A stretch of 42,016 bases of DNA from a virus (taxonomy: Duplodnaviria; Heunggongvirae; Uroviricota; Caudoviricetes). Location of the stretch: IMG/VR virus record IMGVR_UViG_2778261180_000002, positions 1 to 42,016 of that record, one strand, 5' to 3'. Of the stretch, positions 18,528 to 29,274 are shown in pieces. The translations under genes were made by a program, and so were the position numbers. The notes beneath the pieces are model-generated. The model was not told where the DNA came from. It made no database searches and saw nothing but the letters and a program-made list of their open reading frames with translations. The first letter of the stretch is position 1; each line of letters begins with the position of its first letter.

Positions 18528-20150
18528 ATGCCGTTACCATTCCCCTTCGATTTTAAACATCCTGATTACCAGATGGTTTTTGAATGGCGGATGGAACGCC
18601 TACAGCGCATTCGCCAGAATCCTGAAATATTGCCCGTATTGAAGCAGTTTTACCGAACCAATCCGGCTCAGTTCATCATCGACTGGGGCATGACAACGGA
18701 CCCGCGTAATATTGATTATGGCCTGCCGGTGACCATTCCGTTTTTACTCTTCCCTAAGCAGGAGGAGTGGATCCACTGGATTATGGAACGCTGGGGCAAT
18801 CGGGAGAATGGTATTACCGAAAAATCCCGTGAAATGGGGCTCAGTTGGACCGCGATCGGACTGGCATGTTCGCTTTGTCTCTTCAACAAAGAAATGGTTA
18901 TCGGTTTCGGCTCCCGTAAAGAGGAATACGTCGACAGCACCGGTGACCCGAAAGCATTGTTCTGGAAGGCGCGCAAGTTCGTGGAAACACTACCTGTAGA
19001 GTTTCGCGGTTCGTGGAGCGAGAAGAAGCACGCACCATATATGCGTGTTGAGTTTCCTGAAACTGGTGCCGTTATCAAAGGCGAGGCTGGCGATAATATT
19101 GGTCGTGGTGACCGTACCACGCTTTATCTGGTTGATGAGGCTGCATTCCTTCAGCGTCCTCTGCTGATTGATGCGGCGTTGTCACAAACGACGCGTTGCC
19201 GTATCGACCTGAGTTCAGTTAACGGCATGGCTAACCCGTTCGCTCAGAAGCGTCATGGCGGGAAAATACCGGTATTCACATTCCACTGGCGGGATGATCC
19301 TCGCAAGGATGAAGAGTGGTATCGCAGGGAATGCGAGAAAATCGATAATCCGGTGGTGGTGGCACAGGAACTTGATCTGAACTACAGCGCATCAGCGGAA
19401 GGCGTCCTGATTCCATCCGAATGGGTACAGGCTGCCGTTGATGCGCATATCAAACTGGGTATCCAGCCAACAGGCAAACGACTTGGCGCGATGGATGTCG
19501 CCGACGAAGGCAGGGACAAAAATGCCTTTTCCACCCGTCATGGCTTCCTCCTGGAAAATGTGCGGGAATGGTCCGGTGTGGGCAGCGACATTTATCAGTC
19601 CGTCGAGAAGGTTTTCGGCTTTTGCGAACAGGACAACCTCGAAGAGTTTCGCTTTGACGAGGACGGGCTGGGCGCTGGCGTTCGCGGCGATGCACGCGCT
19701 ATCAACGAACTGCGTAACGCTGCGCGTCGACCGTCAATACTCGCCACACCGTTTCGAGGTAGTGGCGCGGTATTTGATCCGGATGATGAAGCTGTTCGCG
19801 GGGACAACGGGCAAGCCGCACGTCTGAACAAGGACTTCTTCGCTAACGCCAAAGCCCAGAGCTGGTGGCGGTTACGTAAACTTTTTCAGAATACCTGGCG
19901 CGCCGTGGTTGAAGGTATGGCTTACAGCCCGGACGAAATCATCTCAATCAGCAGTAGCATGGCGCTCAAAGATAAACTCATCATCGAGCTTTCGCAGCCG
20001 ACCTATTCCATTAATGGTGTGGGAAAAATCGTTATTGATAAACAGCCTGATGGGACCCGGTCGCCAAATCTTGCCGACTCGGTGATGATCAACTATGCCC
20101 CAATGAATTCAGCCCTGAACATCTGGGAGTTGCTAGGGAGACAGGCCTGA
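18528..20150 (+). CDS. terminase large subunit
   Basis: 540 aa; ATPase-like and nuclease-like halves; position between small subunit and portal. Confidence 0.8.
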   Translation: MPLPFPFDFKHPDYQMVFEWRMERLQRIRQNPEILPVLKQFYRTNPAQFIIDWGMTTDPRNIDYGLPVTIPFLLFPKQEEWIHWIMERWGNRENGITEKSREMGLSWTAIGLACSLCLFNKEMVIGFGSRKEEYVDSTGDPKALFWKARKFVETLPVEFRGSWSEKKHAPYMRVEFPETGAVIKGEAGDNIGRGDRTTLYLVDEAAFLQRPLLIDAALSQTTRCRIDLSSVNGMANPFAQKRHGGKIPVFTFHWRDDPRKDEEWYRRECEKIDNPVVVAQELDLNYSASAEGVLIPSEWVQAAVDAHIKLGIQPTGKRLGAMDVADEGRDKNAFSTRHGFLLENVREWSGVGSDIYQSVEKVFGFCEQDNLEEFRFDEDGLGAGVRGDARAINELRNAARRPSILATPFRGSGAVFDPDDEAVRGDNGQAARLNKDFFANAKAQSWWRLRKLFQNTWRAVVEGMAYSPDEIISISSSMALKDKLIIELSQPTYSINGVGKIVIDKQPDGTRSPNLADSVMINYAPMNSALNIWELLGRQA

Positions 20151-21616
20151 TGGCACGAAACAAACAAGCCCTGCGGCGAACTGCGCAGGCCACAGCTGAT
20201 GGTTATGAGAATTTTATTGCCCGCGTAGGGATGCAGACACCTAACCAGCACTCAGCATCCACCTACCGGGCTAATTTCACCAGTCGTAACCGCATGCTGG
20301 TGGAATGGTCCTATCGTTCATCCTGGATCATCGGCGAAGCAGTCGATGCTATCCCGGATGATATGACCCGCAAAGGCATTCGCATCACTTCGGAAATTGA
20401 TGCAAAAGATCGTGGCATTCTCGAATCACAACTGGATGAGTTGCAAATCTGGGATGCGCTGAATGACGTGCTGAAATGGTCGCGCCTCTACGGCGGCGCG
20501 GTGGGTTTCATCATGATTGAGGGGCAGGCACCAATGACCCCGCTGCGACCCGAAACCATCGGTAAGGGCAAGTTTAAGGGGATTCTCCCGCTCGACCGCT
20601 GGATGATCGACCCGGTACTGACCCGCCGCATTAAAGATATGGGGCCGGACCTGGGTAAACCTGAGTTTTACGATGTGGTGACCACAGCAACGGGAATTCC
20701 TGCCTGGCGCATTCATCACAGTCGCCTGATTCGCTTTGATGGCGTCACGCTGCCATTTCAGCAGAAGATGACCGAGAACGAATGGGGAATGTCGGTTGTA
20801 GAGCGTATCTGGGATCGTCTTACCGCGTTCGACAGCGCTACTGTCGGCGCGGCGCAGCTGGTCTACAAAGCGCATTTGCGTACCTACAGCGTGGAGAAGC
20901 TACGCGAGCTTATCGCACTTGGTGGTCCTGCGTATGAAGCGTTGCTGAAGAATATTGACCTGATTCGACAGTTCCAGAGCAATGAAGGCATGACTCTCAT
21001 GGACTCGCGGGATAAGTTTGAAACCCATCAGTACAGCTTCAGTGGTCTGGATGACATCCTTTCACAGTTTGCAGAACAGATTAGTGGCGCTGTTGGTATC
21101 CCACTGGTGCGGTTGTTCGGACAGTCCCCGAAGGGATTTTCTACCGGCGATGCAGACCTTGCCAACTATTACGACCGGGTAAGCTCGTTGCAGGAGAGGC
21201 GTTTACGTCTTCCGGTGCGGCGGATACTGGACATCATGCATCGTTCGGAACTTGGCAAGCCGCTCCCGGATGATTTCACGTTTGAGTTTAACCCGCTCTG
21301 GCAAATGTCTGATGTCGATCGCTCAACGGTGGCGTTAAACACCACCAACGCAATCAGTACGGCGCTGGGTGATGGTCTGATGACACTGAAAGCCGCTATG
21401 ACCGATTTGCGCGAAAATTCTGACGTAACCGGCATCGGGGCATCCATTACCGACGAGGACATAGAGAATGCCGAAGACGAAGCGCCGCCCGGCATCGGCG
21501 AACCTGATGACGAACCGCAGGAACCGTCAGGCGGAAATCCGCTATCGAACCAGCCTACGCAGGATAGCGCGGGCGGTCGGAGACATCGTAAATGGTCGCT
21601 ACGATGGTTCAAATGA
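20150..21616 (+). CDS. portal protein
   Basis: 488 aa directly after terminase (TGATG overlap). Acidic low-complexity C-terminus. Confidence 0.75.
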   Translation: MARNKQALRRTAQATADGYENFIARVGMQTPNQHSASTYRANFTSRNRMLVEWSYRSSWIIGEAVDAIPDDMTRKGIRITSEIDAKDRGILESQLDELQIWDALNDVLKWSRLYGGAVGFIMIEGQAPMTPLRPETIGKGKFKGILPLDRWMIDPVLTRRIKDMGPDLGKPEFYDVVTTATGIPAWRIHHSRLIRFDGVTLPFQQKMTENEWGMSVVERIWDRLTAFDSATVGAAQLVYKAHLRTYSVEKLRELIALGGPAYEALLKNIDLIRQFQSNEGMTLMDSRDKFETHQYSFSGLDDILSQFAEQISGAVGIPLVRLFGQSPKGFSTGDADLANYYDRVSSLQERRLRLPVRRILDIMHRSELGKPLPDDFTFEFNPLWQMSDVDRSTVALNTTNAISTALGDGLMTLKAAMTDLRENSDVTGIGASITDEDIENAEDEAPPGIGEPDDEPQEPSGGNPLSNQPTQDSAGGRRHRKWSLRWFK

Positions 21617-22241
21617 CAGTATCACGGAAATTATTGAGGCGCTGGAACGCTACAGTGAAATCATCACCCCCTGGGCGACAAAGGTCGCGGAAAACTTTAC
21701 CGCCGATATTGTGCGCAAGAATGATGAGCAGTGGCGTAAACACAGCAAAACCATCAGCCGTGAGCTACGCAATCTGGTAAACAGTGCCCCGCCAGGGCAG
21801 GTGATGAAATCCATCGTTGCTGAACAGGTTAAGTACATTAAATCGCTACCCCTCGAGGCGGCTGACAGGGTGTACGACATCCAGAATCGGGCGATTGAAG
21901 CTGTTGTGACCGGTGGGAGAGCGGAACATTTTGCTAAAGAAATAGCAGCATCGGGTGATATAGCAAAGTCCAGAGCTGACCTGATTGCCCGTACTGAACT
22001 TGGACGTGCAACCGGCGCGCTGGATCAGGCGCGTGCGCTGGCAATTGGTTCGAATGGTTATATCTGGCGTACAGCCGAAGATGGTGACGTCAGGCATTCT
22101 CATCGGGAAATGGAAGGTAAATTTGTCGAATGGGGCAAACCTCCAACGCTTGACGGCATGACAGGTCACGCTGGCGAGTTCCCGAATTGTCGCTGTTATA
22201 AAGAAATCGTTTTTCCCACCTCCCATTCTTACCCCGCCTGA
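21468..22241 (+). CDS. head morphogenesis protein (Mu F / SPP1 gp7-like)
   Basis: 257 aa. ATG 21468 preceded by GAGGA. Overlaps the portal 3' end by about 149 nt in another frame. Confidence 0.65.
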   Translation: MPKTKRRPASANLMTNRRNRQAEIRYRTSLRRIARAVGDIVNGRYDGSNDSITEIIEALERYSEIITPWATKVAENFTADIVRKNDEQWRKHSKTISRELRNLVNSAPPGQVMKSIVAEQVKYIKSLPLEAADRVYDIQNRAIEAVVTGGRAEHFAKEIAASGDIAKSRADLIARTELGRATGALDQARALAIGSNGYIWRTAEDGDVRHSHREMEGKFVEWGKPPTLDGMTGHAGEFPNCRCYKEIVFPTSHSYPA

Positions 22242-22255
22242 ATCGCAGGTAACAC

Positions 22256-23476
22256 ATGAAATATTTTTTCAATACCCGGCTGGGGGAAACCCGCTATCAG
22301 CTGGCTGACGGCTCGTTGCTGTGCAAAGACGTGCCGATAGGACGAACAGGTAAGCAGCTCTATGGTGCTGATGACCTGCCAAAACTGAAACCCGATAAGT
22401 TCGGTGAAATAGTCGTCACGCGTTCTCCTGAGCAGGTATTCCATCCGGCCACGCTTGCCTCATTCGAAGGGATGAGCATCACGATCCTGCATCCTGAAGA
22501 TGAAAACGGGAATGTGCGGCTGGTAAATCCCGAGAACTGGAAAGAGCTTGCTGTCGGGCACCTCCAGAATGTCCGGCGCGGGACGGGTGAGCAGTCTGAT
22601 TTGATGCTGGCTGACCTTATCGTCAAAGACGAAAACGCCATTCAGCTTATCGAAGATGGCCTGCGCGAAGTGTCGTGCGGCTATGACGCGGAGTATGAGC
22701 AGACCGAGCCAGGTAAAGCCGAGCAGGTCGATATTACCGGAAACCATGTGGCTCTTGTCCCTAAAGGCAGAGCCGGAAATCGTTGTGCAATTGGAGACAG
22801 AGACACAATGGCAAATCAAAAGAAAAGCTGGTGGACCCGCATGCGCACGGCCATCAAAACGGGGGACGCTGACACCATGAACGAACTGGTGGAGTCGGCT
22901 CCCGCATCGGTTACAGGAGATGAGGGGGATTTGCCGCAGGGCGTTAATCTCAACATCAACCTGTCCCCGCAGCAACCGCTACCGGACAAAGCACCAGAGA
23001 TGGGCGGAGGTCCAACCGGCGACAGTGATGATGACCTCAAAACATTACTGAAAGCCCTGCTGGCTAAGCTGGAAGGAAATGCCACGGGCGATAACGACAA
23101 TAAGCCTGACGATAATCCGACCGGTGACGGCGAGGACGATGAAGAGGAAACCACGATTACTGGTGACTCAGCCTGGCGTGCCGAAGTTATCGTTCCGGGT
23201 ATCGATCTGAGCCGTAAGATGAAACCGACCGAGTTCAAACGCGAGGTTCTGGCTTCCGCAGATAAAACGCTGGTTCGCCAGATCGTCGGTGATGCGGATA
23301 TCCGCAAATTGCCGAAACAATCGGTCGACATGGCGTTTAATGCCGTGTCTGAGATTGCCAAAGGGCGAAACACCCGCGCCACCACCGGCGATGCACAGCG
23401 CCTAAACATGGGCATGACCAGTATCGCTTCCCTGAACAAACAAAACGCTGAATTCTGGGCAAACCGTAAAGGGTAA
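22256..23476 (+). CDS. DUF2213-like head scaffold/protease protein
   Basis: 406 aa with N-terminal conserved region and acidic, D/E-rich C-terminal half typical of scaffolding proteins. Confidence 0.55.
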   Translation: MKYFFNTRLGETRYQLADGSLLCKDVPIGRTGKQLYGADDLPKLKPDKFGEIVVTRSPEQVFHPATLASFEGMSITILHPEDENGNVRLVNPENWKELAVGHLQNVRRGTGEQSDLMLADLIVKDENAIQLIEDGLREVSCGYDAEYEQTEPGKAEQVDITGNHVALVPKGRAGNRCAIGDRDTMANQKKSWWTRMRTAIKTGDADTMNELVESAPASVTGDEGDLPQGVNLNINLSPQQPLPDKAPEMGGGPTGDSDDDLKTLLKALLAKLEGNATGDNDNKPDDNPTGDGEDDEEETTITGDSAWRAEVIVPGIDLSRKMKPTEFKREVLASADKTLVRQIVGDADIRKLPKQSVDMAFNAVSEIAKGRNTRATTGDAQRLNMGMTSIASLNKQNAEFWANRKG

Positions 23477-23479
23477 AAA

Positions 23480-23986
23480 ATGAATAATGTATTTCTGTAC
23501 CGGATGCCTGTTGGCATTGCCGGGGCTGTCTCTCGCCCGCAGGACTTAACCGTCGAACCGGTGGTCCTTAAATCCGATAACGCCTTCGCTGCCTATGGCC
23601 TGGCTGGTAAATACGATGATGACGGTTTTTTCGTGCCGCTGGCAGATGGTGATACCGCAGACAAGGTGAAGGGGATCTACGTGCGCCCTTATCCGACCAC
23701 GTCGCAGCCGGACATGGTTCGCCAGGTGGGAACAGGCAAGAACTTCCCGGGCGACGCCATGAAGCGTGGCTACGTGACTGTTAATCTCGGTTCTGATTTT
23801 GATGCCAGCACCATCAAAAAAGGCGACCCGGTATACGTTGTCGTCTCCACTGATGAATCCATCAAAGTGCCGCTGGGTGGATTCATGTCCACGTCAGTCA
23901 GTGGCAAAAATGTGGTGCTGACCAACGCTGAATTCACAGGTGCCGGTGATGCTGACGGCAATGCAGAAATTTCCTGGAAGATTTAA
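23480..23986 (+). CDS. head structural protein (decoration/DUF2190-like)
   Basis: 168-aa ORF between scaffold-like and major capsid genes. Confidence 0.45.
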   Translation: MNNVFLYRMPVGIAGAVSRPQDLTVEPVVLKSDNAFAAYGLAGKYDDDGFFVPLADGDTADKVKGIYVRPYPTTSQPDMVRQVGTGKNFPGDAMKRGYVTVNLGSDFDASTIKKGDPVYVVVSTDESIKVPLGGFMSTSVSGKNVVLTNAEFTGAGDADGNAEISWKI

Positions 23987-23997
23987 GGAACAGACGA

Positions 23998-24939
23998 ATG
24001 ATTACTTTTGATCAGGCAACCGTTGACAGCTCTGGTGCCTTTCTCATCGGGGAGCTGGAGCGACTCGACCAGACGCTGAACCTGCCACTGGTGGGGTACA
24101 CCTGGACCCGCGATATTCAGTTGCGTGAAGATGTCTCTATCGCAGATGACATTTCCAGCTGGACGAATACCAGCTTCGCCGCTGCGGGTACTGGTGCAAA
24201 TCCGAATGGCAAAAACTGGGTAGGCAAAGACTCAACCGCTATTGCTGGCGTGAACGTGGATATCGGCAAATCCGGTAACCCGCTGAACCTGTGGGGGATG
24301 GAACTTGGCTGGACGGTCATAGAATTGCAGGCTGCTCAGCAGGTCGGCCGCCCGATTGATACGCAGAAGTATGACGGTATGCAACTGAAATGGCAGATGG
24401 ATAACGATGAACAGGTATATGTTGGCGATTCTGCATTAAACCTGAAAGGCCTTGTTACCCTGGACGGCGTGCCTGTCAACAACGCTGCTAAAACGTGGGC
24501 AACCTCAACACCGGACGAAATCCGCGCAAGCATTAACCAGGTGCTGTCTGATGCGTGGGCCGCTTCCGGTTACTCTGTGGTTCCGCGTGATTTGCTGATC
24601 CCGCCTGAGCAGTTTGCTCTGTTGTCCAGCATCATCGTTTCATCTGCGGGTAACCAGTCCCTGTTGACGTATCTTCAGACCAACACCATCAGCTATCACC
24701 AGAACGGTGTTCCGCTGAATATCCGCGCGGTTAAATGGCTGAAAGGCCGTGGTGTGGGGAAAAAGGATCGCATGGTTGCGTATACCAACGATAAAAAATA
24801 CGTCCGCTACCCGCTGGTTCCGCTTCAGAGCGTGCCGGTGCAGTATCGCGGTCTGTATCAGATCGTCACTTACTACGGCAAGCTGGGTGCGGTTGAGCCA
24901 GTGTACAAAGAAACCATTTCGTACGTTGATGGCATTTAA
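23998..24939 (+). CDS. major capsid protein
   Basis: 313-aa ORF in the head module, followed by a strong stem-loop. Confidence 0.65.
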   Translation: MITFDQATVDSSGAFLIGELERLDQTLNLPLVGYTWTRDIQLREDVSIADDISSWTNTSFAAAGTGANPNGKNWVGKDSTAIAGVNVDIGKSGNPLNLWGMELGWTVIELQAAQQVGRPIDTQKYDGMQLKWQMDNDEQVYVGDSALNLKGLVTLDGVPVNNAAKTWATSTPDEIRASINQVLSDAWAASGYSVVPRDLLIPPEQFALLSSIIVSSAGNQSLLTYLQTNTISYHQNGVPLNIRAVKWLKGRGVGKKDRMVAYTNDKKYVRYPLVPLQSVPVQYRGLYQIVTYYGKLGAVEPVYKETISYVDGI

Positions 24940-24946
24940 CAGCCAC

Positions 24947-24968
24947 ATGGCCCCCTGGCGGGGGCCAT
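24947..24968 (+). other. perfect 9-bp stem-loop immediately downstream of the major capsid gene
   Basis: ATGGCCCCC-TGGC-GGGGGCCAT; no U-tract follows. Likely mRNA-stabilising hairpin or partial terminator. Confidence 0.6.
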
Positions 24969-24981
24969 TAAGGATGACCCG

Positions 24982-25203
24982 ATGGCAAAAAATAATGCAG
25001 TAATACACGTACATACCCCGTTTGTGCTCACGCTTCCCGACGGTTCACGGCGCGAGTTTGTTAAAGGCCGTCATGCTGTGGAGGAAGACGTTGCCACGCA
25101 CTGGTTCACTCGTGCGCACGCGGAAGTATCCGTTGGCAAAGCCACAGACGCGCGTAACGAGGTAAAAAATGCCAAAGAATCAAAGTCTGCCAGCGGTAAG
25201 TGA
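24982..25203 (+). CDS. hypothetical small head-module protein
   Basis: 73-aa ORF; ATG 24982 with AAGGA 7 nt upstream. Confidence 0.45.
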   Translation: MAKNNAVIHVHTPFVLTLPDGSRREFVKGRHAVEEDVATHWFTRAHAEVSVGKATDARNEVKNAKESKSASGK

Positions 25204-25576
25204 TTTTCGCCGCGACTTCCCGCAGTTTGCTGACCCTGCCAAATATCCCGAAGCGCAAATCCAGTTTCGTCTGAATCTGGCCGATGAACTGCTGAGCGAA
25301 AACGTCACCGGCAAAAAGTTGTTTCCGTACTTTGCCGGGTTGTTCGTTGCGCACTACATGACGCTCTGGGCGGCTGACAGCAGGGCGATGCTGGCTGGTG
25401 GTCCGGGCGGTTCAACCAATGGTGTTCAGTCCTCAAAGTCCGTGGATAAGGTAAGCGTCAGTTATGACACCAGTGCGACGCTGAATCCTGATGCAGGTTT
25501 CTGGAATAACACCCGATATGGCGCTGAATTTTATCAGTTGATCACGATGTTCGGTGCAGGCGGTCGCCAGCTATGA
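25169..25576 (+). CDS. head-tail connector-like protein (DUF4054-like)
   Basis: 135-aa ORF; ATG 25169 with GAGGT upstream. Position in head-tail joining block. Confidence 0.45.
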   Translation: MPKNQSLPAVSDFRRDFPQFADPAKYPEAQIQFRLNLADELLSENVTGKKLFPYFAGLFVAHYMTLWAADSRAMLAGGPGGSTNGVQSSKSVDKVSVSYDTSATLNPDAGFWNNTRYGAEFYQLITMFGAGGRQL

Positions 25577-26127
25577 GTTTCAAAAGCGGTGTAACAACGA
25601 GGGTGGATAACGCTAAGGCCATTCTGGATGCGCTCAGGTCGTTAACCAAAAAAGATGTGCTGGTCGGCATCCCTTCGGAAGACAACGAGCGGGATGATGT
25701 TCCGTTTGGTAATGCGGGCATCGGTTACCTCAACGAATACGGCTCACCAGAGCAGAACATCCCGCCACGACCTCACCTGGTCCCCGGCGTAAAATCGGCA
25801 GAAGAGCAGACGGTGCCGCAGCTCAAAACCGCGGCGCAGGCTGCTCTTGATGGTAATGCTGCGGGAGCAGAACGCGCACTCAACCGTGCCGGAACGCTGG
25901 CCGCTAATGGCGTAAGGCGTTACATGACCATTACCGGCTTTACGCCGCTTGCTGACAGTACTGTTGAAGCCCGGGCTCGTCGGGGGCGCAAGGGGGCAAC
26001 ACTGGAACTTGCCCGGCGTGCTGCTGGCGAATCTCCGGGAACCGATCTGGCGAAACCATTAATTGACACCGGGCAATATCGCAGAGCCATTACCCATGTT
26101 GTGAGGGATAAAGATGCCGACTCTTGA
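25573..26127 (+). CDS. hypothetical virion protein (head-tail joining block)
   Basis: 184-aa ORF, overlapping start/stop with neighbours. Confidence 0.45.
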   Translation: MSFKSGVTTRVDNAKAILDALRSLTKKDVLVGIPSEDNERDDVPFGNAGIGYLNEYGSPEQNIPPRPHLVPGVKSAEEQTVPQLKTAAQAALDGNAAGAERALNRAGTLAANGVRRYMTITGFTPLADSTVEARARRGRKGATLELARRAAGESPGTDLAKPLIDTGQYRRAITHVVRDKDADS

Positions 26128-26503
26128 TGTAACAGATGTGCTTTTTGACCCCGATTTTTGCGACTTCAATTTGTGGGTAACACGCCGAGTGCAAACGGTG
26201 GATGAGGACGGGATCGGCAGCAACAGTGAAGTTAAAAAGCAGTTTGCCGGAGTCGTAACTGTTGATCGCTCTCTGGAAAACCGCCGTATGCAGGCAGGGC
26301 AGGTAATCAGTGGTGCAATTCTGATTGTGACGACTGAGCGACTGACGCAGGGACAGACTGGCCGTGATGCCGATATCGTGACGTATCAGGGCCGTGATTA
26401 CCGTGTGACCTTCGTCGACCCGTATACAGCTTATGGTGCCGGATTCGTTCAGGCGCATTGTGAGTTGCTGCCGTTTGATGGGGGAATTCCGGTTGAGCAA
26501 TAA
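26114..26503 (+). CDS. hypothetical virion protein (head-tail joining block)
   Basis: 129-aa ORF in the structural operon. Confidence 0.45.
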   Translation: MPTLDVTDVLFDPDFCDFNLWVTRRVQTVDEDGIGSNSEVKKQFAGVVTVDRSLENRRMQAGQVISGAILIVTTERLTQGQTGRDADIVTYQGRDYRVTFVDPYTAYGAGFVQAHCELLPFDGGIPVEQ

Positions 26504-27041
26504 CACCAGCACAGAGCGCGGATGGCTGATACCAACCAGTGGCGATCCGGATTATGACGAAGCGCTCGACAGGCTGTTAAGCCAGTGGATGCGTAACGTT
26601 TCCGGTCTGTCTGCCGGGATGGTTCGTCCGCGCTGGCAGAAAGAGCAGCCGCCACTGCTACCGGCTGAAACGAACTGGTGTGCGTTTGGGGTTATCGGAT
26701 GGTCAGGTGATGACAGTCCGGCATTCACCAGACAGACCGATGATGGCTCTCAGCTCTGGCGGCATGAAACGATTGAGTGTATGGCTTCGTTTTATGGACC
26801 GGCGGGGATGGTGTATGCGTCCCGGTTTCGTGACGGTATATCTGTACCGCAGAACAATGCAGCACTGAATGCGCTGGGGCTGTCTCTTGGCGATTACACA
26901 GGTCTGACTCCCTTCCCTGAACTTATTAATCAGCAATGGGTCCGCCGCTACGATATGACGGTGCGCCTGCGCCGGAAGGTTGTGCGCGAGTACGGTATTA
27001 AATCGCTGGTGGAAGCACCAGTTATCTTTTTCGGAGATTAA
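26478..27041 (+). CDS. hypothetical virion protein
   Basis: ORF frame open from 26433; ATG 26478 chosen (TTG 26493 possible). Confidence 0.4.
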   Translation: MGEFRLSNNTSTERGWLIPTSGDPDYDEALDRLLSQWMRNVSGLSAGMVRPRWQKEQPPLLPAETNWCAFGVIGWSGDDSPAFTRQTDDGSQLWRHETIECMASFYGPAGMVYASRFRDGISVPQNNAALNALGLSLGDYTGLTPFPELINQQWVRRYDMTVRLRRKVVREYGIKSLVEAPVIFFGD

Positions 27042-27044
27042 GCT

Positions 27045-28190
27045 ATGGCACAGGGCTTGCCTGTATCAAACGTTGTTAATGTTGATGTGATCATGTCGCC
27101 GCGTGCAGCATCAGGGCGAAATTTTGGTGCATTACTCATTCTCGGCCCGTCCACAATCATTCCGGTAAGTGAGCGCATTCGTCGTTATTCTGCCGCGGAA
27201 GATATTGGAAAAGATTTTGGCGTGGAATCACCAGAATATAAAGCTGCGCAGGTGTTTTTCTCACAATCACCGAAACCTCAGGAGGTTTTTGTTGGTCGTT
27301 GGGTGAAAACGAAGGGAGACAGCGAACAGGCCACGCCTGAGACGCTGGAGCAGGCTGTGAATGCCATGCTCGATTATACTTCATGGTATGGGCTGGGGAT
27401 TGCAGACGATGAAGATATTCCGGATGCAGACTGGCTGAAAGTGGCTGCGGTGATCGAATCCTCTTCTGTAAGCCGTATTCTGGCGATTACGACAAGCGAT
27501 GATAAATGCCTGCAGACTGCATCCAGCGATGATTTGGCATCAAAACTGAAAACCGCCGGATATTCACGCAGTTTTATTCAGTATTCATCGGGTAATAAAT
27601 ACGCTGCGTTATCTGCATTTGGCCGGGCATTCACGGTTAATTTCAATGGCAGTAATACCGCGATTACGCTCAAGTTTAAGCAGGAGCCGGGTGTCGGGTA
27701 TGAAACACTGACAGTCAGCCAGGCATCGGCACTTGATGCAAAAAACTGCAATGTATTCGTGTACTACCAGAATGATACGGCTATCCTCCAGCAGGGAGTG
27801 ATGGCTAACGGCGATTTCTTTGATGAACGCCACGGCCTGGACTGGTTACAGAATTATGTGCAGACCAACCTCTATAACCTGCTTTATACCAGCACCACGA
27901 AAGTTCCCCAGACTGAAGCCGGTATTACCCGACTGTTATCAAATGTTGAAAAATCACTGGATCAGGCCGTTCAGAATGGACTGATTGCTCCGGGCGTATG
28001 GAACGGGGGCGACCTTGGTCAGTTGTCATCAGGTGACACACTGCCCAAAGGTTATTACGTATACGCCCAGCCGCTGGATGAACAGGCACAATCAGAACGT
28101 GAAGCCCGTAAGGCTCCGGTGATTCAGGCTGCAATAAAACTTGCAGGCGCGGTTCATTACGCTGACGTACAGATTAACGTTGTTCGCTAA
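27045..28190 (+). CDS. tail sheath protein (putative)
   Basis: 381 aa directly upstream of a tube-sized ORF, chaperone and tape measure. Contractile tail implied by baseplate J/V/W genes downstream. Confidence 0.55.
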   Translation: MAQGLPVSNVVNVDVIMSPRAASGRNFGALLILGPSTIIPVSERIRRYSAAEDIGKDFGVESPEYKAAQVFFSQSPKPQEVFVGRWVKTKGDSEQATPETLEQAVNAMLDYTSWYGLGIADDEDIPDADWLKVAAVIESSSVSRILAITTSDDKCLQTASSDDLASKLKTAGYSRSFIQYSSGNKYAALSAFGRAFTVNFNGSNTAITLKFKQEPGVGYETLTVSQASALDAKNCNVFVYYQNDTAILQQGVMANGDFFDERHGLDWLQNYVQTNLYNLLYTSTTKVPQTEAGITRLLSNVEKSLDQAVQNGLIAPGVWNGGDLGQLSSGDTLPKGYYVYAQPLDEQAQSEREARKAPVIQAAIKLAGAVHYADVQINVVR

Positions 28191-28200
28191 GGGGAAGTGA

Positions 28201-28641
28201 ATGTCTACCTATTCTTTTATGGATGTCACTGCGACGCTGACCGGCCCGACCGGTTCGATTGACCTCGGGTACGGTTCTGCAAGTTCTGAAGAGGGGATTG
28301 TGGTTGCGATGGGCGGTCCTAAAAACACCATGACCATCGGTGCTGATGGTGAAGTGATGCACAGCCTCCATGCAGATAAAAGCGGGACGATTACCGTTAA
28401 CCTTCTGAAGACATCACCGACAAATAAAAAATTGTCGCTGGCGTATAACGCACAGAGCCAGTCTTCTGCCACATGGGGGAATAACGTTATCGTGATCCGC
28501 AACAAGGTCAGCGGCGACATCATCACGGCACGCAGTGTTGCGTTCCAGAAACAACCGGATAACGCCAACGCTAAAACCGCTAATACGATGCCGTGGGTGT
28601 TTGACTGCGGCAAGATTGACCAGGTTCTCGGGGAGTTTTAA
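28201..28641 (+). CDS. tail tube protein (putative)
   Basis: 146 aa between sheath-like gene and chaperone. Confidence 0.55.
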   Translation: MSTYSFMDVTATLTGPTGSIDLGYGSASSEEGIVVAMGGPKNTMTIGADGEVMHSLHADKSGTITVNLLKTSPTNKKLSLAYNAQSQSSATWGNNVIVIRNKVSGDIITARSVAFQKQPDNANAKTANTMPWVFDCGKIDQVLGEF

Positions 28642-28644
28642 TGC

Positions 28645-29097
28645 ATGGAATTCGAAATTAAAGGCGTGAAATATCGCGTGGCAAAACTCAGCGTTTTTGA
28701 CCAGCTGAAAGTGACCCGCAAACTTCTGCCGGTACTGGCGGGAATGATGTCAGATTTCGGGAGCATTCGCTCCCGTTTGCCTGCTGACGGCAAAATCGAC
28801 ACCGTGAAATTCGAGCAGTTAAAACCGGTGTTTGAAACCATGCTCCCGCGTATCGCTGAGGAACTGTCTTCCCTGACCGAAGATGACACCGATGCGATTA
28901 TTCATCCCTGTCTTGCGGTGGTGTCGCGGCGTCATATGGATGGATGGGTGCCGGTATTTACCCAGGGCGAACTGATGTTTGATGATATTGACTTGCTGGT
29001 CATGCTTCATCTGGTGGCGCGGGTGGTCGCCGATTCGCTGGGAAATTTTTTGCTTACACCCCTTACCAGCACGACACAGAGCCTGCAACAGGGCTGA
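28645..29097 (+). CDS. tail assembly chaperone with -1 frameshift signature
   Basis: 150 aa. Canonical slippery heptamer G GGA AAT at 29040-29046; the -1 frame then stays open for 80 codons to TGA 29283-29285, just past the tape-measure start. Confidence 0.6.
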   Translation: MEFEIKGVKYRVAKLSVFDQLKVTRKLLPVLAGMMSDFGSIRSRLPADGKIDTVKFEQLKPVFETMLPRIAEELSSLTEDDTDAIIHPCLAVVSRRHMDGWVPVFTQGELMFDDIDLLVMLHLVARVVADSLGNFLLTPLTSTTQSLQQG

Positions 29098-29274
29098 CGT
29101 TTAACAGCCTGCCGGACGGGCTGTCCTACCTTCTCAATCCGGTTGACGCCGGGTTAATTCCCTATACAGCACTTAAAGATGGCTCTGTCGATTTGTATGA
29201 CATTGCTCTCTTGAATGACCATCTGGCGGTAAAAGCGGATAACCAGCGGCGCATTGAGAAATGGAGAGAGGATA

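Noticed and set aside
22816-23517. 233-aa minus-strand ORF antisense to the scaffold-like gene; similar ORFs at 36332-36769 and 37603-38163
   Set aside because: Fully embedded antisense within structural genes; no start context; composition artefacts.
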